Positions 51,278 to 64,000 are shown, numbered from the stretch's first letter. The stretch is DNA of 64,000 bases from Octopus vulgaris (GCA_951406725.2 OX597822.1:97154001-97218000); one strand, 5' to 3'. The notes: generated by a model not told the origin, from the letters alone. Translations and numbers: made by a program.

Positions 51278-52397
51278 CAACAATTGAGGGTAAAATTAAT
51301 TAATTATTAATCAATTTCACCAAGTATTCAGTATGTAAAGGGACCATTTTAGGCGAATTCAAAATATCACATTATATATAAGGGCTTAGTAAAATAAATT
51401 ACTTTGCCACATACTGAACTCATTAGAAATAGCAGCTAAAGAAATTTCTTCAGCTATTTCTAATACTTATATATATATATATATAAAGAGAGAAAGAGAA
51501 CAAAAGTAAAATAGATGCTTATTCATCCACATTTTCCAGGTTTAACCAGCTTATTATTGTAAATTTTTTCTCTCACACATCCATGTTACCTTTTTACACA
51601 GGAGACAACAGAAGACTGACCGAGAATTGAACTGTGAAATATAGCGACTGAAAAAAAAACCGATGGGGGGGAGAGGGAGAGGAAGGAGGGGAGAAAGAAA
51701 GAAAGAAACTCACAAGGAGCCTAATATAATAATTAAAAGAGAGAAACGGTAAGCGTTCCAGTTTGAAAGTCGTGGGAGTAGAAATAGTGAAGGAAGTAGG
51801 AGGACGAGGTTAATGTATATATATATATATAGGGTGGGACAGACAGTGAAGGGAAGAAAAACAAAGGAGTGCAGGATATATATATATATATATACATACA
51901 TACATATATATAAAAGATAGGGCGGGCTATAGAACTGACGTGTGGTAAGGGAATAAGGGCTAGATGAGAGTAGATGGAGGGAGAGCGGGTGTGAATGGTA
52001 AATGGTAATGGTAAAATAGTTGGGTATGTATGCAGAAGTTAAATGAAATAAGGGTATGGTAGTTGGGAAGAGGGTTGGTTGGTTGGAAGAAAAAGGGTTA
52101 ATCTTAAGTAATTCAATAGTAAGACATTGAAAACCGTTAGCAACGGAATCCCAGTTAACAAAGCAAAAGCTAATAGAATCTAGTTTTTTTTTTTTTCGTA
52201 TTGATATTATTGATTATTTGTTGTTGGAATTATCAATCTAATTGCTCATCAGAAATACAGTGTTTGTGTGTGTGTATATATTTATGTATATATATATATA
52301 TATCGTAAGACGAGGAAGTAGTTATCCAATTCCCACAGTTAAAATACAAGACAACACCGAGGTTAGCATTTCTTTTAGGGTGAAATAACTGCACCAT

Positions 52398-52455
<58 letters not shown>

Positions 52456-52462
52456 ATATATA

Positions 52463-52551
52463 TACTAAGTAATTAAGGGTTTAGCAACGATTTGCCTCAC
52501 CACACACCGAATTTAGAAATAGCAATCAAAGAGTTATGGCTATTCTTTCTA
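52463..52551 (+). repeat. 89-bp element beside (TA)n, copy 1
   Basis: Near-identical to 53961-54049. Confidence 0.75.
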
Positions 52552-53924
52552 GATATATATATAGTGTAGTTAATGTTTTTTATATATAAACTGTGGAGTC
52601 ATAGAATACACACTTCCAATCAAGCTCTCGGAGATTTTGAAGGATTATTGAAATCGACTTTACTACTTTTTATCGACTCAGGAAGGATGAAAGGCTAGAA
52701 TGACCTCGGCAGGATTTTTAACTCGGAAGATATAAAGAGGTAAAGGGCCATAACTAAACACTTGCAAGGGATTTCGTTGACTGTCAACTGAACCTTACTT
52801 AAAATGCGATAAGCGAAAGGGACGGGAGAAGTTTTTTAAAAAAGAGATATATTAGCGAGATACAGCTAAGTGAAAGAAGAGGGCAGGATGTTGAGACAAA
52901 TAGATAACCCAAGGTGTGGATGCGATGTATGTGTGTGTATAGGGGGGAAACTGAAGGATGCTGCAAAGGAAGATAAGCCAGGTGTACAAGCGGCGATGCG
53001 GGTGCTAAAGGGGGTGGGATATCATGACAAAATTTTGGTAGGCGTTAAAGTAAATTAGAGGTTTAGAGGTTAATGGAAAAAAGGCTGGGGGGTTTCTTCC
53101 CCTTCTATTTCTATTACATCCCTTTCGTTCAGTTGAAATACCAGGGGTGGTGGACAGTCGAGCTAAAAATGCCTTGCCCGTATTTCGTCTGGTTCCCTGC
53201 GTTCCGAGTTCAAATCCCAGAGGTCAACTTTGTCCTTTATCCGCCCCACCACCCACCCGAGATCAAGAAAATACACAGTTAGCAGTCAAGTATTGAGGTC
53301 CATTTCACTGACTATTGTTTTCATCTCTCTCTCTCTCTCTCTCTCTCTCCTCTCTACCACTCACTTCCCCCCCCCCCCCAGTATATTTAAGGCCTCCTCG
53401 GGCCTCCTATGTTGTTGCAAACACAATTATTATACCATGACGCAGAGGAGAGAGAAAGAGAGAGACGAAGAAGTACCGGGATGTCTGATGAACGGAAGGT
53501 GCAGGGATGAGGAGTAAGATCTTCTCAGGTGTTGGCACTGAAGACTCGTGACTAAGTGAAGAGACTTCACCGATGGTGTAAAGGTAGATTAGACGGTGGT
53601 TAGCACCTTGAGTGGTGTGTTGGTCAGTGTGGGTTTTGGTTTATGGAAGGACATACTTATAAAACTATGTGGAATGATTTACACTTTAACCCCCCCACCA
53701 CTGCTGGTTGCAAGAATGATGTGGTGATAGCAATTGATGAATAAAAATGGTGGCTGAGAAGTGAATTAACTTTGACTTGTCCATAATTAGTATCTATGTA
53801 GCTATTAGAGATAGTAGAGATAATCAAGAGTGATCGATTTATGGAAAGGAGACAACTTATTCAGAGTGTATAGAGAGGTATATAAAATGCTGAAACTGAA
53901 GATACGATATATATATACGTTCAC

Positions 53925-53957
<33 letters not shown>

Positions 53958-53960
53958 TAA

Positions 53961-54049
53961 TACTAAGTAATTAAGGGTTTAGCAGCGATTTGCCTCACCA
54001 CACACCGAATTTAGAAATAGCAGTCAAAGAGTTATAGCTATTCTTTCTA
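53961..54049 (+). repeat. 89-bp element beside (TA)n, copy 2
   Basis: Near-identical to 52463-52551. Confidence 0.75.
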
Positions 54050-54410
54050 CTATAAGGGAGATCTCAGTGTCTATATATATATATAGTGTCTATATGTATA
54101 TATAGACACGTCTACGCATACATCTATATAACATACACATATACATTCGTACATGAGAGGGAGAGAGAGAGCCATGTCATGAATTTAGATTTTACTAGAG
54201 ACGGTAATCGAATAAAGCTTCTTAGAAGTCAGGGCAGATGGTAGGACTTGCTTTCCATTAGTTTGGCCTTCTACATTAGGACAAATAATGGCAGAAAGGG
54301 AGACAAGATTAGGATATTAGGACACTGGTAATGAAAAACGGACTGGTCATTTGGTGGAAACCCGTTTCTGGTTCAACTAACCCTGCTCATATATACATAC
54401 ATACATACAA

Positions 54411-54443
<33 letters not shown>

Positions 54444-55070
54444 CCTTCCAATATATATATATATATATAATATGGGTCATTTTATATGATAAAAGCTTTT
54501 AAATAAAGGAAATAATATAGTAGATAACTGAGACAGCAAAGAAAGCCATTTTTATCACCTCCTTTTTTTTTTTTTACAGTGAGGAGTGTGCATGTATGTA
54601 TGTATGTATATATATATATATATTATAAACTATTGCGTGTTAGCAGCCATACTAGCTTAGTTAGATATATACACACAGCTACACTTGGCTATATATATAT
54701 ATCTATATATACACACACGTGCGCAGATATGGTATATACAAGTTTCATATACAAATCAACATTCTACTATACACGACACGCGTATACATACATGTATAAA
54801 TATATATATTTTTATATACACACCTAGACACATACAAACCGACTATCGACTTTACTATACACTTGTTGGGACATTGATCATACATTTTAATAGACAACAG
54901 AATCGACGTGTGTATATATATATATATACATATATGTGTGTATATGTATGTATATAAATATGTATATACGTATATAAGTGTACATAGAGAGAAAGACTTG
55001 GAATATATATAGATATAGATAGATATATATGTATATATACACACGTATGTATAACTAGGTTTATACTTAC

Positions 55071-55136
55071 GGTTGAATTTACATCAATCTCTACTTTAAA
55101 CATATGTTGTTGTAACGTTCTCAGTGTGATCAACAT
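55071..55136 (-). CDS. RAD23: RAD23 homolog (UV excision repair / ubiquitin shuttle), coding exon 1, start of the UBL domain
   Basis: aaccATG then MLITLRTLQQHMFKVEIDVNST followed directly by the GTAAGT donor at 55070-55065. Closely resembles the RAD23 N-terminus (MQVTLKTLQQQTFKIDIDPEET), including a 66-nt phase-0 first exon. Exon 2 was not found in the window. Confidence 0.88.
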
Positions 55137-56294
55137 GGTTAAAAATTCTCTAGGTATCGACAGATTTAAAGGGTCATGTGAAGTAGTCGGTGGAGAGAGA
55201 AGAAAAAAAAATCGGTCAAAAGATTTGTTTCCAGCCTGAAAAAAAAATTTGCCTGTTTCACGTAAACGACTCTAAGAGTAGAGTGGCCATATATGTGACG
55301 TCATAGACTATGTTGACTTCATGTTGGAAGAAGACTTAGATAAGGAGGAAGTGGGAGGAAGTGATAGAGAGAGAGAGAGGGTTTAAACAAAAGGGTGATA
55401 GTCACAAGGGAGTGAAGAAGAGGAGAAGAAAAAGAAAAAGAGAATTAGATTTAAAGAGAGGGAGAGAGAGAGAGAAAAAAGAAACTGAGAGGAGATGAGG
55501 TAAAAATATAATATTTAATTTCTCAATATAGTTATTTTAATTTCCATTATTTTTATAAGCGAATTTTTGTAAAAAAAAGATTAACTGTTTTTTTTTTTAA
55601 TATATTTTTTTTCAAATGCAAAATAAAAATTGCGTAAAAAAAGAAACAAAAAAAGGGTCAACAGTTTTGAAAAAAATAACCTATTCAGCAGCAAATTTTT
55701 TTTATAGTGAATAACGGTAACAGTATAAATCAACCAATGAAAAGCCGTTATGTGCCATTGCTGCTGGTTTTGTTGTTACTTCCTGCACGAAACCGACTAA
55801 AAATTCGGTTTTGTCCGGTTTGGAGGAAGTCAAAACGAAATTGTTCATGGTTACAAGAAAAAAAAAAAAAAAGACATATTCAGCAGCAAATTTCCCTTCT
55901 ATTTAATAAATAGTAACAGCATAAATTTACCGTGACTTCAGTATTCTTGGTATTTCTATACGGAACCAAAAATAAAATCTTATCTAGATCTAAAATTTCC
56001 ACGAGTCTAGGGAATTTATTATTTTTTTTTTTTACGTTCGGCTAGGCGTGGTGAGAAAACTTTCAATCATGTCAAATACCATTTTTGCGCAGTTTAAACG
56101 TTAATTGAAAGAAGCTAGTTTTTGCTGTGTGATTTTTACTTGGCTTATAATGATTTCTAAAATTTATATAAAAGCCAGAAATTTCAGAAAGTGAGAGGGG
56201 GGCTCTAAAAGAATATATAAAAAAAAAAAAAAACAGCTGAATGACTTTCCGCTGAGATTCGAACTCAAAACTTAAAGGGACACAACTTTTTGCT

Positions 56295-56325
<31 letters not shown>

Positions 56326-56423
56326 CTATGTGTCCATGTATCAGTTCTTTAATGACGTGTGTATACTTTGTACGTAAAGGAGTGGCAAAATGGTAAGAAA
56401 GCAAGATTGAAACAGCTATCACG
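55137..56423. promoter_or_regulatory. Putative bidirectional promoter and 5' UTRs shared by RAD23 and TRMT13
   Basis: Lies between two divergent start codons. No intact SINE. Perfect CRE palindrome TGACGTCA at 55296-55303, purine-rich tract at about 55320-55500, imperfect direct repeat TATTCAGCAGCAAATTT at 55683 and 55877. Confidence 0.6.
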
Positions 56424-56615
56424 ATGTCTGTGGAGACAGCAGCAACAACAATAACATCATCATCATCAGTGTCTGATTCTTCTGTAAATAATCCACCACA
56501 AGTTGTTGGTGCTCCTCCTTCGTGTTCGTTCTACATTAAAAAAAAGAGAAGGTTCTGTCGGTTCAGACCGAACAATGACGACAAATATTGCTCGGAACAT
56601 ATATATTTGTTAAAT
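56424..56615 (+). CDS. TRMT13: tRNA:m4X methyltransferase TRM13 homolog, coding exon 1 with the N-terminal zinc-finger motif
   Basis: 64 codons ending CSFYIKKKRRFCRFRPNNDDKYCSEHIYLLN, then a GTAAGT donor at 56616. Matches the TRM13 CCCH pattern (human CGYYVEKKKRFCRMVVAAGKRFCGEH). Downstream exons were not seen in the window. Confidence 0.88.
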
Positions 56616-57530
56616 GTAAGTGAAATCAGCTGAAAATTCCTTGCTTGCTTCCTTGCTTGCTTCCTTTCTTCTTAGGGTTACTCGAACGAACCTCGAGAGA
56701 GCAACAACCAACCAACCCATACAGCACAAACCCTCCCGACAAATACCTAGACGTCTACACGTGTTTAAATGTGTCTGTGTGTGTTGTTTAATTTGTTGTC
56801 TTGTATTTTTCTGACAAAGAAATATTTACACGTCTGGAAAAAAGAATTATTTCTCAAAATTTTGAATTTGTTTAATTTTGCCATCACCACAGCTTTTTTT
56901 TTTTTTTTTTTTTCTGTTCTGTTCGTTTGTAGACACTATCCGTACACAGACACAATCAAATATTTATTTGTTATTTAATTAACCCTAATGAATCAGATCG
57001 CCTAATTAAAACCGATCCAGCTCTTAATTGTCTTATCATCATATTCGTCTACAATGACATTATCCGATGTGTGTTCTCAAGTGGTAGTTTGTATAATTAT
57101 TATTAGGTGATTTGGCTACTGTTTCCAGCATATTTGGTGACCAGTTAGAGGCTTCTTTATTGGTTTTATTTAATAACACAGTGTTATTATATGAGTGTCA
57201 GAAAATTTCTCAAAAGGAAGCATAAAACACTGTCTATAAATTTGTGAGAATCAAACCTCAGCATAATTTATGGCGAGTATCAAATAAAGGTTCGTGTTTA
57301 CAATATTACCCGGAAACGAAATAAAATAAAAATAGTGATCGTTTAATCCCAGCTTTTATAAGTTTTGTAGACTTATAAAAAAAAAAAAGAAAAAGCGTCT
57401 CATCTGGTGATTATTCCATCTTTTATTTACATAATAGAACAAAGTTGTGTTGATATTCGCAACCACGTAGTTCCGAGTTCGATTACACAATATACCGGCA
57501 ATTGTCTTCTACAAAATCTCCGTTGAAATG

Positions 57531-57950
57531 TATTTCTTTATTGCCCACAAGGGGCTAAACATAGAGGGGACAAACAAGGACAGACATAGGTATTAAGTCG
57601 ATTACATCGACCTCAGTGCGTAACTGGTACTTAATTTATCGACCCCCGAAAGGATGAAAGGCAAAGTCGACCTCGGCGGAATTTGAACTCAGAACGTAAA
57701 GACAAACGAAATACCTATTTCTTTATTACCCACAGGGTGGCTAAACACAGAGGGGACAAACAAGGACAGACATAGGTATTAAGTCGATTACATCGACCTC
57801 AGTGCGCAACTGTTACTTTATTTATCGACCCCGAAAGGATGAAAGGTAAAGTCAAATTTGAACTCGGAACGTAACGACAGACGAAATACGGCCACGAATT
57901 TCGCCCGGCGTGCTAAGGATGAAAGGCAAAGTCGACCTCAGGGACTCAAG
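57531..57950 (-). mobile_element. Tandem SINE family D copies
   Basis: Two head-to-tail bodies plus a short third fragment. Confidence 0.85.
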
Positions 57951-58626
57951 TAAGTGCTTGAAGTCGATATGAGTAGTTAAAAGTTTTGAAAGCGAGTAAG
58001 TCCGTTGACTGAAATCGGTTCAAAGAGGAAGTAGTCCTAACGTGTATTGGGCTTTAATTATTAATTAGTTTCGTTCTTTCAAGTATAATTGTAACTTCAT
58101 TGCTCCTTCGTTAATTGTTAATAGTTAATATTGAATGTAAATTTAAACAGTATTTTGTGTTAAACTAAGAATTCATGTTTGTTGCGCACTTCTGTACACA
58201 AGGACATTATTTTAACCCTTAATTCCCACGTGGTAGCCCAACTAAGTAACTTCCTGTAAGTTTTATTCTCCATAAATAAACATTTTTTTTTTTAATTTAA
58301 AGTCCTTAAATTTCAGTATAGTTTAGTTTAAATTTACTTTAACGCTAATTATTAGCAATTTTTCAAAAAGAGGCAAGCAGAGTTATTCTTTAAAAAAAAC
58401 GTAAATATTCAAAATGAAAGTAAAATGGATTACAAAACCCACGCTGCACAGTAGTAATTGTCTGTCTGCCTATCTTAATGTCTTTTAATCACTTGTTTCA
58501 CGCCACTGCGATCTCTAGGCGAGAACATTAAATTTACCGTGCAGCGAAGTCTCTCCGAAGCCTATTTATTACTTGTAACTCTTACTAGTGTCGAAAAACA
58601 AACGTCAGATGATCAAACTGATATTT

Positions 58627-59180
58627 ATTCTTTGTCTTTTGCCTGTTTCAGTCATTGGACTGCATCCATGCTGGGACACTGCCTTGAAGCTTTTAGTCGA
58701 ACAAATTGACCCCAGTACTTATTCTCTTTGAAGTTTGGTACTTATTCCATTGGTTTCATTTGCCAAACTGCTTGAAGGAGACGTATGCAAATCAACACCA
58801 GTCTTCAAGTGATGATGGGAGGAACAAACAAAGATGTACACACATACATATATATATTCGAACACATACTGAGCTTCCACATGGTTCCTGTCTACTAAAT
58901 TCACTCACAAAGCATTGGTTAACCCAAGGTTATAGTAAAAGACACTAAAACACTTGCTTGAGGTGCTGTGCAGTGAGGTTAAACTCAGAGCCTCATGGTT
59001 GCATGGTGCACCTGTATGTATGTGCGTGTGCATATAGATAGATTGATAGATGATGATACAAAAAGAGACCGATAGAATAAGTACTGGGCTTACAAAGAAT
59101 AAGTCCCGGGGTAGATTTGCTCGACTAAAGGCGGTGCTCCAGCATGGCCGCAGTCAACAGACTGAAACAAGTAAAAGAGT
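58627..59180. mobile_element. Diverged family C copy (minus) plus a young family C 3' fragment (plus, 59059-59180)
   Basis: Matches to the family C body and tail. Confidence 0.7.
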
Positions 59181-59306
59181 ATATGTGTGTTTGTGGATAT
59201 CAGTCACTTAAGCATCAGTTTTACATACTATAATTTCATCTAAGGATTGCAAGTTCAAGTACCTCAGCAAGTGGATAAAATTTTAAGGCACAGGTATGAT
59301 CATATG

Positions 59307-59524
59307 AAGGTGGTTAACTGGCAGAATCGTTAGCACACCGGGCGAAATGTGTAGCCGTATTTCGTCTGCCACTATGTTCTGAGTTCAAATTCCGCCGAGG
59401 TCGACTTTGCCTTTCATCCTTTCGGGGTCTAAATTAAATACCAGTTACGCACTGGGGTCGATATAATCAACTTAATCCGTTTGTCCTCTCTGTGTTTAGC
59501 TCTTTGTGGGTAGTAAAGAAATAA
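59307..59524 (+). mobile_element. SINE family D
   Basis: Full body, with flanking GTATGATCATATGA duplicated. Confidence 0.85.
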
Positions 59525-60091
59525 GTATGATCATATGATTAAGAAGGCCGCTTTGCAAACCACATGTTTTCAGGTTCAGTTCCACTGCATGGTACCATAG
59601 GCAACTGTCTTTTACTATAACCTCAGAAAGTAACTGACTTTAAAATGAGTACTAGGATAGGTATAAGCAACTAAACCAGTGCCCCTCAAAGTAGATGATA
59701 CCATTCCTTGACATGTGAAAATTTTTATATGGGTACTGGGAATAAAGATAGAGTGTGGGTGAAAGAGATGACATAAGACTGTTTATTGGTAACATACAAT
59801 ATTGGAAAAGACCCAACAAGCTTTGCAAGCAGGGTGAGATATCTGTGTTACAATCAAGAAGCTAGGATATATAATACATCTATGTCATTCACAAGGTAAG
59901 ATTACATCTTCAACTTGATGGTCCTGCAGTATGCAAGTGTGCCTAGATTTGTATCTATCCTGCACTGGGTGGAATATATGGTGACATTTCAGTGATGCAA
60001 GTTGTCTGATTGTGATTTCATGGAGATATTTCTTTGCATGAAATGGGTTTAAGAAGTGGTCTTAACTCAGTCACAGGTCAACTTCCACCAT

Positions 60092-60297
60092 AGGTGCAGG
60101 AGTGGCTGTGTGGTAAGTAGCTTGCTAACCCACCACATGGTTCCGGGTTCAGTCCCACTACGTGACATCTTGGGCAAGTGTCTTCTGCTATAGCCCAGGG
60201 CCGACCAATGCCTTGTGAGTGGATTTGGTAGACGGAAACTGAAAGAAGCCTGTCGTATATATGTATATATATATATGTGTGTTTGTGTGTCTGTGTT
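60092..60297 (+). mobile_element. SINE family C, 5' half
   Basis: Head through the microsatellite tract. Confidence 0.85.
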
Positions 60298-61233
60298 ATT
60301 GCAAATTGTGGTGGAGAGTTATAAAGAAAGGTGTAAGTGTCGTAAAGTCAAATTGGAACAAACAACAAGAAGAAAAGAGAGTAAAAATTAGAACAAGGTC
60401 TTCTACAACCAGGACTACCAACAGTATTCTTTAACCCTTTCATTGCCAAAACCGCCTCTGGCTCTGTAATACAATTGTCTTGTTTTCTTAAGTTTTGAAT
60501 TAAAATCTTCCACCAGACCTTAGTCACAATTTATGCTACAAACACTAGCTTAATGGTAACTAAGTTTACTAAATTCTTTGTTATATTTAAAATAATTGAA
60601 AGAAACACAGAGCATTTCAAAATAAATAAGGTAATGAAATTGTTAATAACTGCAAATCATGATCTTGTAACTTGGAGCATGCAGTGCTTACTACTGGCCA
60701 CATGCCTTCATACACACACACACACATATCATCATCATCATTTAATGTCCATTTTCCATGCTGGTATGGGTTGGACAGTTTGACAGGAGCTGGGCCAGCT
60801 GAAGTGCTTCCTGGGTTTCAGATCTGTTTTAACACGGTTTCTGCGGCTGGATGCATCTTCCTAATGCCAACCACTGTACAGAGTGTAGTGGCTGCTTTTA
60901 TGTGGCACCTATGAGCCCGCAAGATTAGGAATGCTTAGCTGGAGAGAGATGCAGAGGTCATGCCTGTATGCAAGGATGACCATATATATATTTAGCTTGA
61001 CACACACACACTCACATACAGAATAAAAGGATTAACAAGTATCAATTCAACTTATAATGTTTTAATGTTTATATACTTAAAGATGTGGGTTACAGGAGTA
61101 TAGATCACAAGACATTATTAAAAGGTCATTTGAAGAATGTTCATAATGGTTATGGTATATGCTAGTATTTTCTGGAACAGTTATTGGATAGGTCCATATT
61201 TTTGGTAAAGCTTGTCATAAGCGGAATCCAAAG

Positions 61234-61536
61234 TGAGTGTTTATTGAGCGAAAACACTTAAAGCTCCACGAGGCTCCGGCAGGGATGGTGGTGATCCCTG
61301 CTGTACTCTTTCACCACAACTTTCTCTCACTCTTACTTGCTGTTTCTGTTGTACCTGTATTTCAAAGGGCCGGCCTTGTCACTCTCTGTGTCACGCTGAA
61401 TATCCCCAAGAATTACGTTAAGGGTACACGTGTCTGTGGAGTGCTCAGCCACTTACACGTTAATTTCACGAGCAGGCTGTTCCGTTGATCGGATCAACCG
61501 GAACCCTCGTTGTCGTAACCGACGGAGTGCTTCCAC
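61234..61536 (+). mobile_element. SINE family A, 5'-truncated
   Basis: Lacks the tRNA head. 16-bp TSD TAAGCGGAATCCAAAG at 61218-61233 and 61537-61552. Confidence 0.9.
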
Positions 61537-61820
61537 TAAGCGGAATCCAAAGCCGGATGAGAAAGTAGGAAGGTGTACAGATAGTCTATTAAAAACCATT
61601 TCAAGAACAGATGTATGTGCAGATAGTGCATTTCCCTGCAAGCAGTCAGCAGCCAACATTATAGTTGCAATTTATTCCATCATTGGAGGAAGAATGAGAG
61701 AGAGCCTTAATAGGAAGTAATGATATACTAGTAGAAGTAAGTATACAGAGATGAACTTAGAGGAAGAGCAGCAGAGAATACAAGGTCATAAGAGGCTAGA
61801 TGGAAAATTAACAAACATGA

Positions 61821-62172
61821 CATCATCGTCGTTTAACGTCCGCTTTCCATGGTAGCATGGGTTGGACGGTTCAACTGGGGTCTGGGAAGCCTGAAGGCTG
61901 CACCAGGCCAATCAGATCTGGCAGTGTTTCTACAGCTGGATGCCCTTCCTAACGCCAACCACTCCGTGAGTGTAGTGGGTGCTTTTTATGTGCCACCGAC
62001 ACAGGTGCCAGACAAGGCTGGCGAACGGCCACGCTCGGATGGTGTTTTTTATGTGCCAGACAAGGCTGGTGAACGGCCACGCTCGGATGGTGTTTTTTAT
62101 GTGCCGCCGACACAGGTGCCAGATGAGGCTGGCGAATGGCCACGCTCGGATGGTGTTTTTTATGTGCCACCG
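61821..62172 (-). mobile_element. SINE-like family B with 63-bp-type monomers
   Basis: Same monomer type as the 35428 array, about 3 units. Confidence 0.88.
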
Positions 62173-62336
62173 TTATAAAGTTCAAAAGTTAGAGGAGGAT
62201 ATAGAAAGAAGTGACCAGTGCCAATATGGATAGGGAAATGGGGGGGGAGGCACTAAGTAGGATGGTGTGAAGAAGACCTGTGTAGAACAGCAAGAACAAA
62301 TGAGGCAAATAAATTGGAATTATGTGGGGAGGGTGA

Positions 62337-62518
62337 CATCATCATTTAGCGTCCGCTTTCCATGCTAGCATGGGTTGGACGGTTCAACTGGGGTCTGGGA
62401 AGCCAGAAGGCTGCATCAGGCCCAGTCTGATCTGGCAGTGTTTCTACGGCTGGATGCCCTTCCTAACGCCAACCACTCCGTGAGTGTAGTGGGTGCTTTT
62501 TACGTGCCACCCGCACAG
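62337..62518 (-). mobile_element. SINE-like family B
   Basis: Core and tail. Confidence 0.85.
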
Positions 62519-62970
62519 GGTGAAATATACCCACGAGTCACGAGCTGTGTGGCATGGTGGTCAATGCAATGGTAGTGTATGTGGGAAGGAAAGGAGGAGA
62601 GAAGCAAGAGACTTTGAGAGGTAATGTAAGTATATTGTTATAAATCAGCTAAGTATGATGGGATTCAGGTTTATAAGTTTATATAACCTGACCAAGATAT
62701 CTGGTGCCTTTCTGTAATCTAGAAGACCCGTCCACCACAACAGAATTAATACAGGTGCTAGTGCCACCTAAAAAGCACCTGATACACTTTGTGGAGTGGT
62801 TGGCATTTGGAAGAGCATCCAGCCATAGAAACCATGCCGGAACAGACAGTGGAGCCTGATGTAGCCCTTAACCTTATCAGCTGCAGCCAAACCATCCAAC
62901 CCATGCCTCCATGGAAAGCCCATTAAATGACGATGATGATTAGGTAAATAATGAGGGCAATGAATATGCT

Positions 62971-63622
62971 TTAACCCTTTAGTGTTCAGATTACTCTGTT
63001 AAATGTAATACTTTTCCACTCAAATGTTTTGAATTAATCATGCATTATCTTATATCTTTGAGGTTTCAATGATGTGATTGTTTATATCTCTCTCTATATA
63101 TATAAACGGCAGTTTGTCTGTCTGTGTGTCTGTCAGGTTGTACCCTCACCCTGACCACGGCTTTCAACCGATTCTAATGAAACTTGACACACACGTAGCC
63201 CAATGTCATAATTCAAAACTAACGCAGCGAAAATTTTGAAAAGTTCCCCCAGTTCTGAAAAAAATCGATAAATTCGACATGGGGTTGAGAATCTAAGCTT
63301 TTTATATGCAACACATTTTCTGTCTAGGGGACACAACTCGGCCTTTTTATCGCCCAAAGGGACAGCTAGGAACATTGTATACACAGAAGTATTCGAGTGA
63401 AGAGAAGAAATTGCAACCTACACATGCCCTTCGTTCCCTAGAGCGAAAGGACTAGATTGGGATTAGTCGTTGCCTACTAGGGGCTCTTACATACCCGGGC
63501 TATGCTGCTAGTTTAGAATGACATTGTCAGGTAGGTGTGGGAGGCCAGATATTGCCAGTTAGAATATAAAACATGTAGAATATCTGGGCCAGATATGGCT
63601 GGTTTAAACACTAAAGGGTTAA
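62971..63622. mobile_element. piggyBac-like MITE split by a Helitron
   Basis: TTAACCCTTTAGTG ... CACTAAAGGGTTAA. The body resumes after 63511. Confidence 0.82.
63087..63511 (+). mobile_element. Non-autonomous Helitron
   Basis: A^TCTCTCTCTATATATATAAA 5' end, (TCTG)/(TG) tract, and 3' ...CCCGGGC..GCTAG^T. No TSD. Confidence 0.75.
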
Positions 63623-64000
63623 ATGTAAGCGTTTGTTTATAGTTACCAGAATAAAGAATTTATTTATTGTAACTATAAGGAATTAATATTTTAAATTGTA
63701 AGTTCAATGAAAAGTGGGAATACGGTCAAATGCAGGCATAGGACTTAACAGAAAGATCTTAAAATTTGTACATTAGCTGAGAACATCTATAAGTGGTTGC
63801 TTAGCAAGCTAGAAAATAATATTCAGTTAAATTGTGCTGGAATTACAAGCAAGATGTTGTTTGAAACGAGGAATTATGAAATATGAAACCATACAGAGTT
63901 CGAGTAAGTGATGAATTTAGAATAGGATAAGCCAATAAGGATGTCAGTGAAGTATATATACACTTTTACTTGTTTCAGTCATTTGACTGCAGCCATGCTG

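Noticed and set aside
63133-63384. LCPLD peptide resembling the second TRM13 zinc finger
   Set aside because: It is on the wrong strand, lies inside a Helitron, and the rest of the motif is absent.

Overview
AT-rich, microsatellite- and transposon-dense eukaryotic DNA. The SINE families point to an Octopus (coleoid cephalopod) genome; this is inferred from the repeats. Only two protein-coding exons are recognisable, and they are head-to-head about 1.3 kb apart: exon 1 of a RAD23-like gene (minus, 55071-55136) and exon 1 of TRMT13/TRM13 (plus, 56424-56615). Everything to the left is probably a very long RAD23 intron 1. It holds four SINE-like families, piggyBac-, hAT- and Tc1/mariner-type MITEs, non-autonomous Helitrons and decayed mariner, hAT and LINE remnants. 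Almost all ORFs in the track are repeat artefacts. The most interesting signals are two families of small inverted-repeat (Penelope/retrozyme-like) elements with minimal hammerhead-ribozyme folds. Their C3-G8 core pair is swapped compensatorily, to G3-C8 at about 6.1-6.2 kb and to U3-A8 at about 24.1 kb. Also notable are a four-level TE nest at 2.5-5.9 kb and a headless (GAT)n-tailed retroposon with variable-number 5' monomers that can fold as H-type pseudoknots. All structures were read by eye; no searches or folding programs were run.
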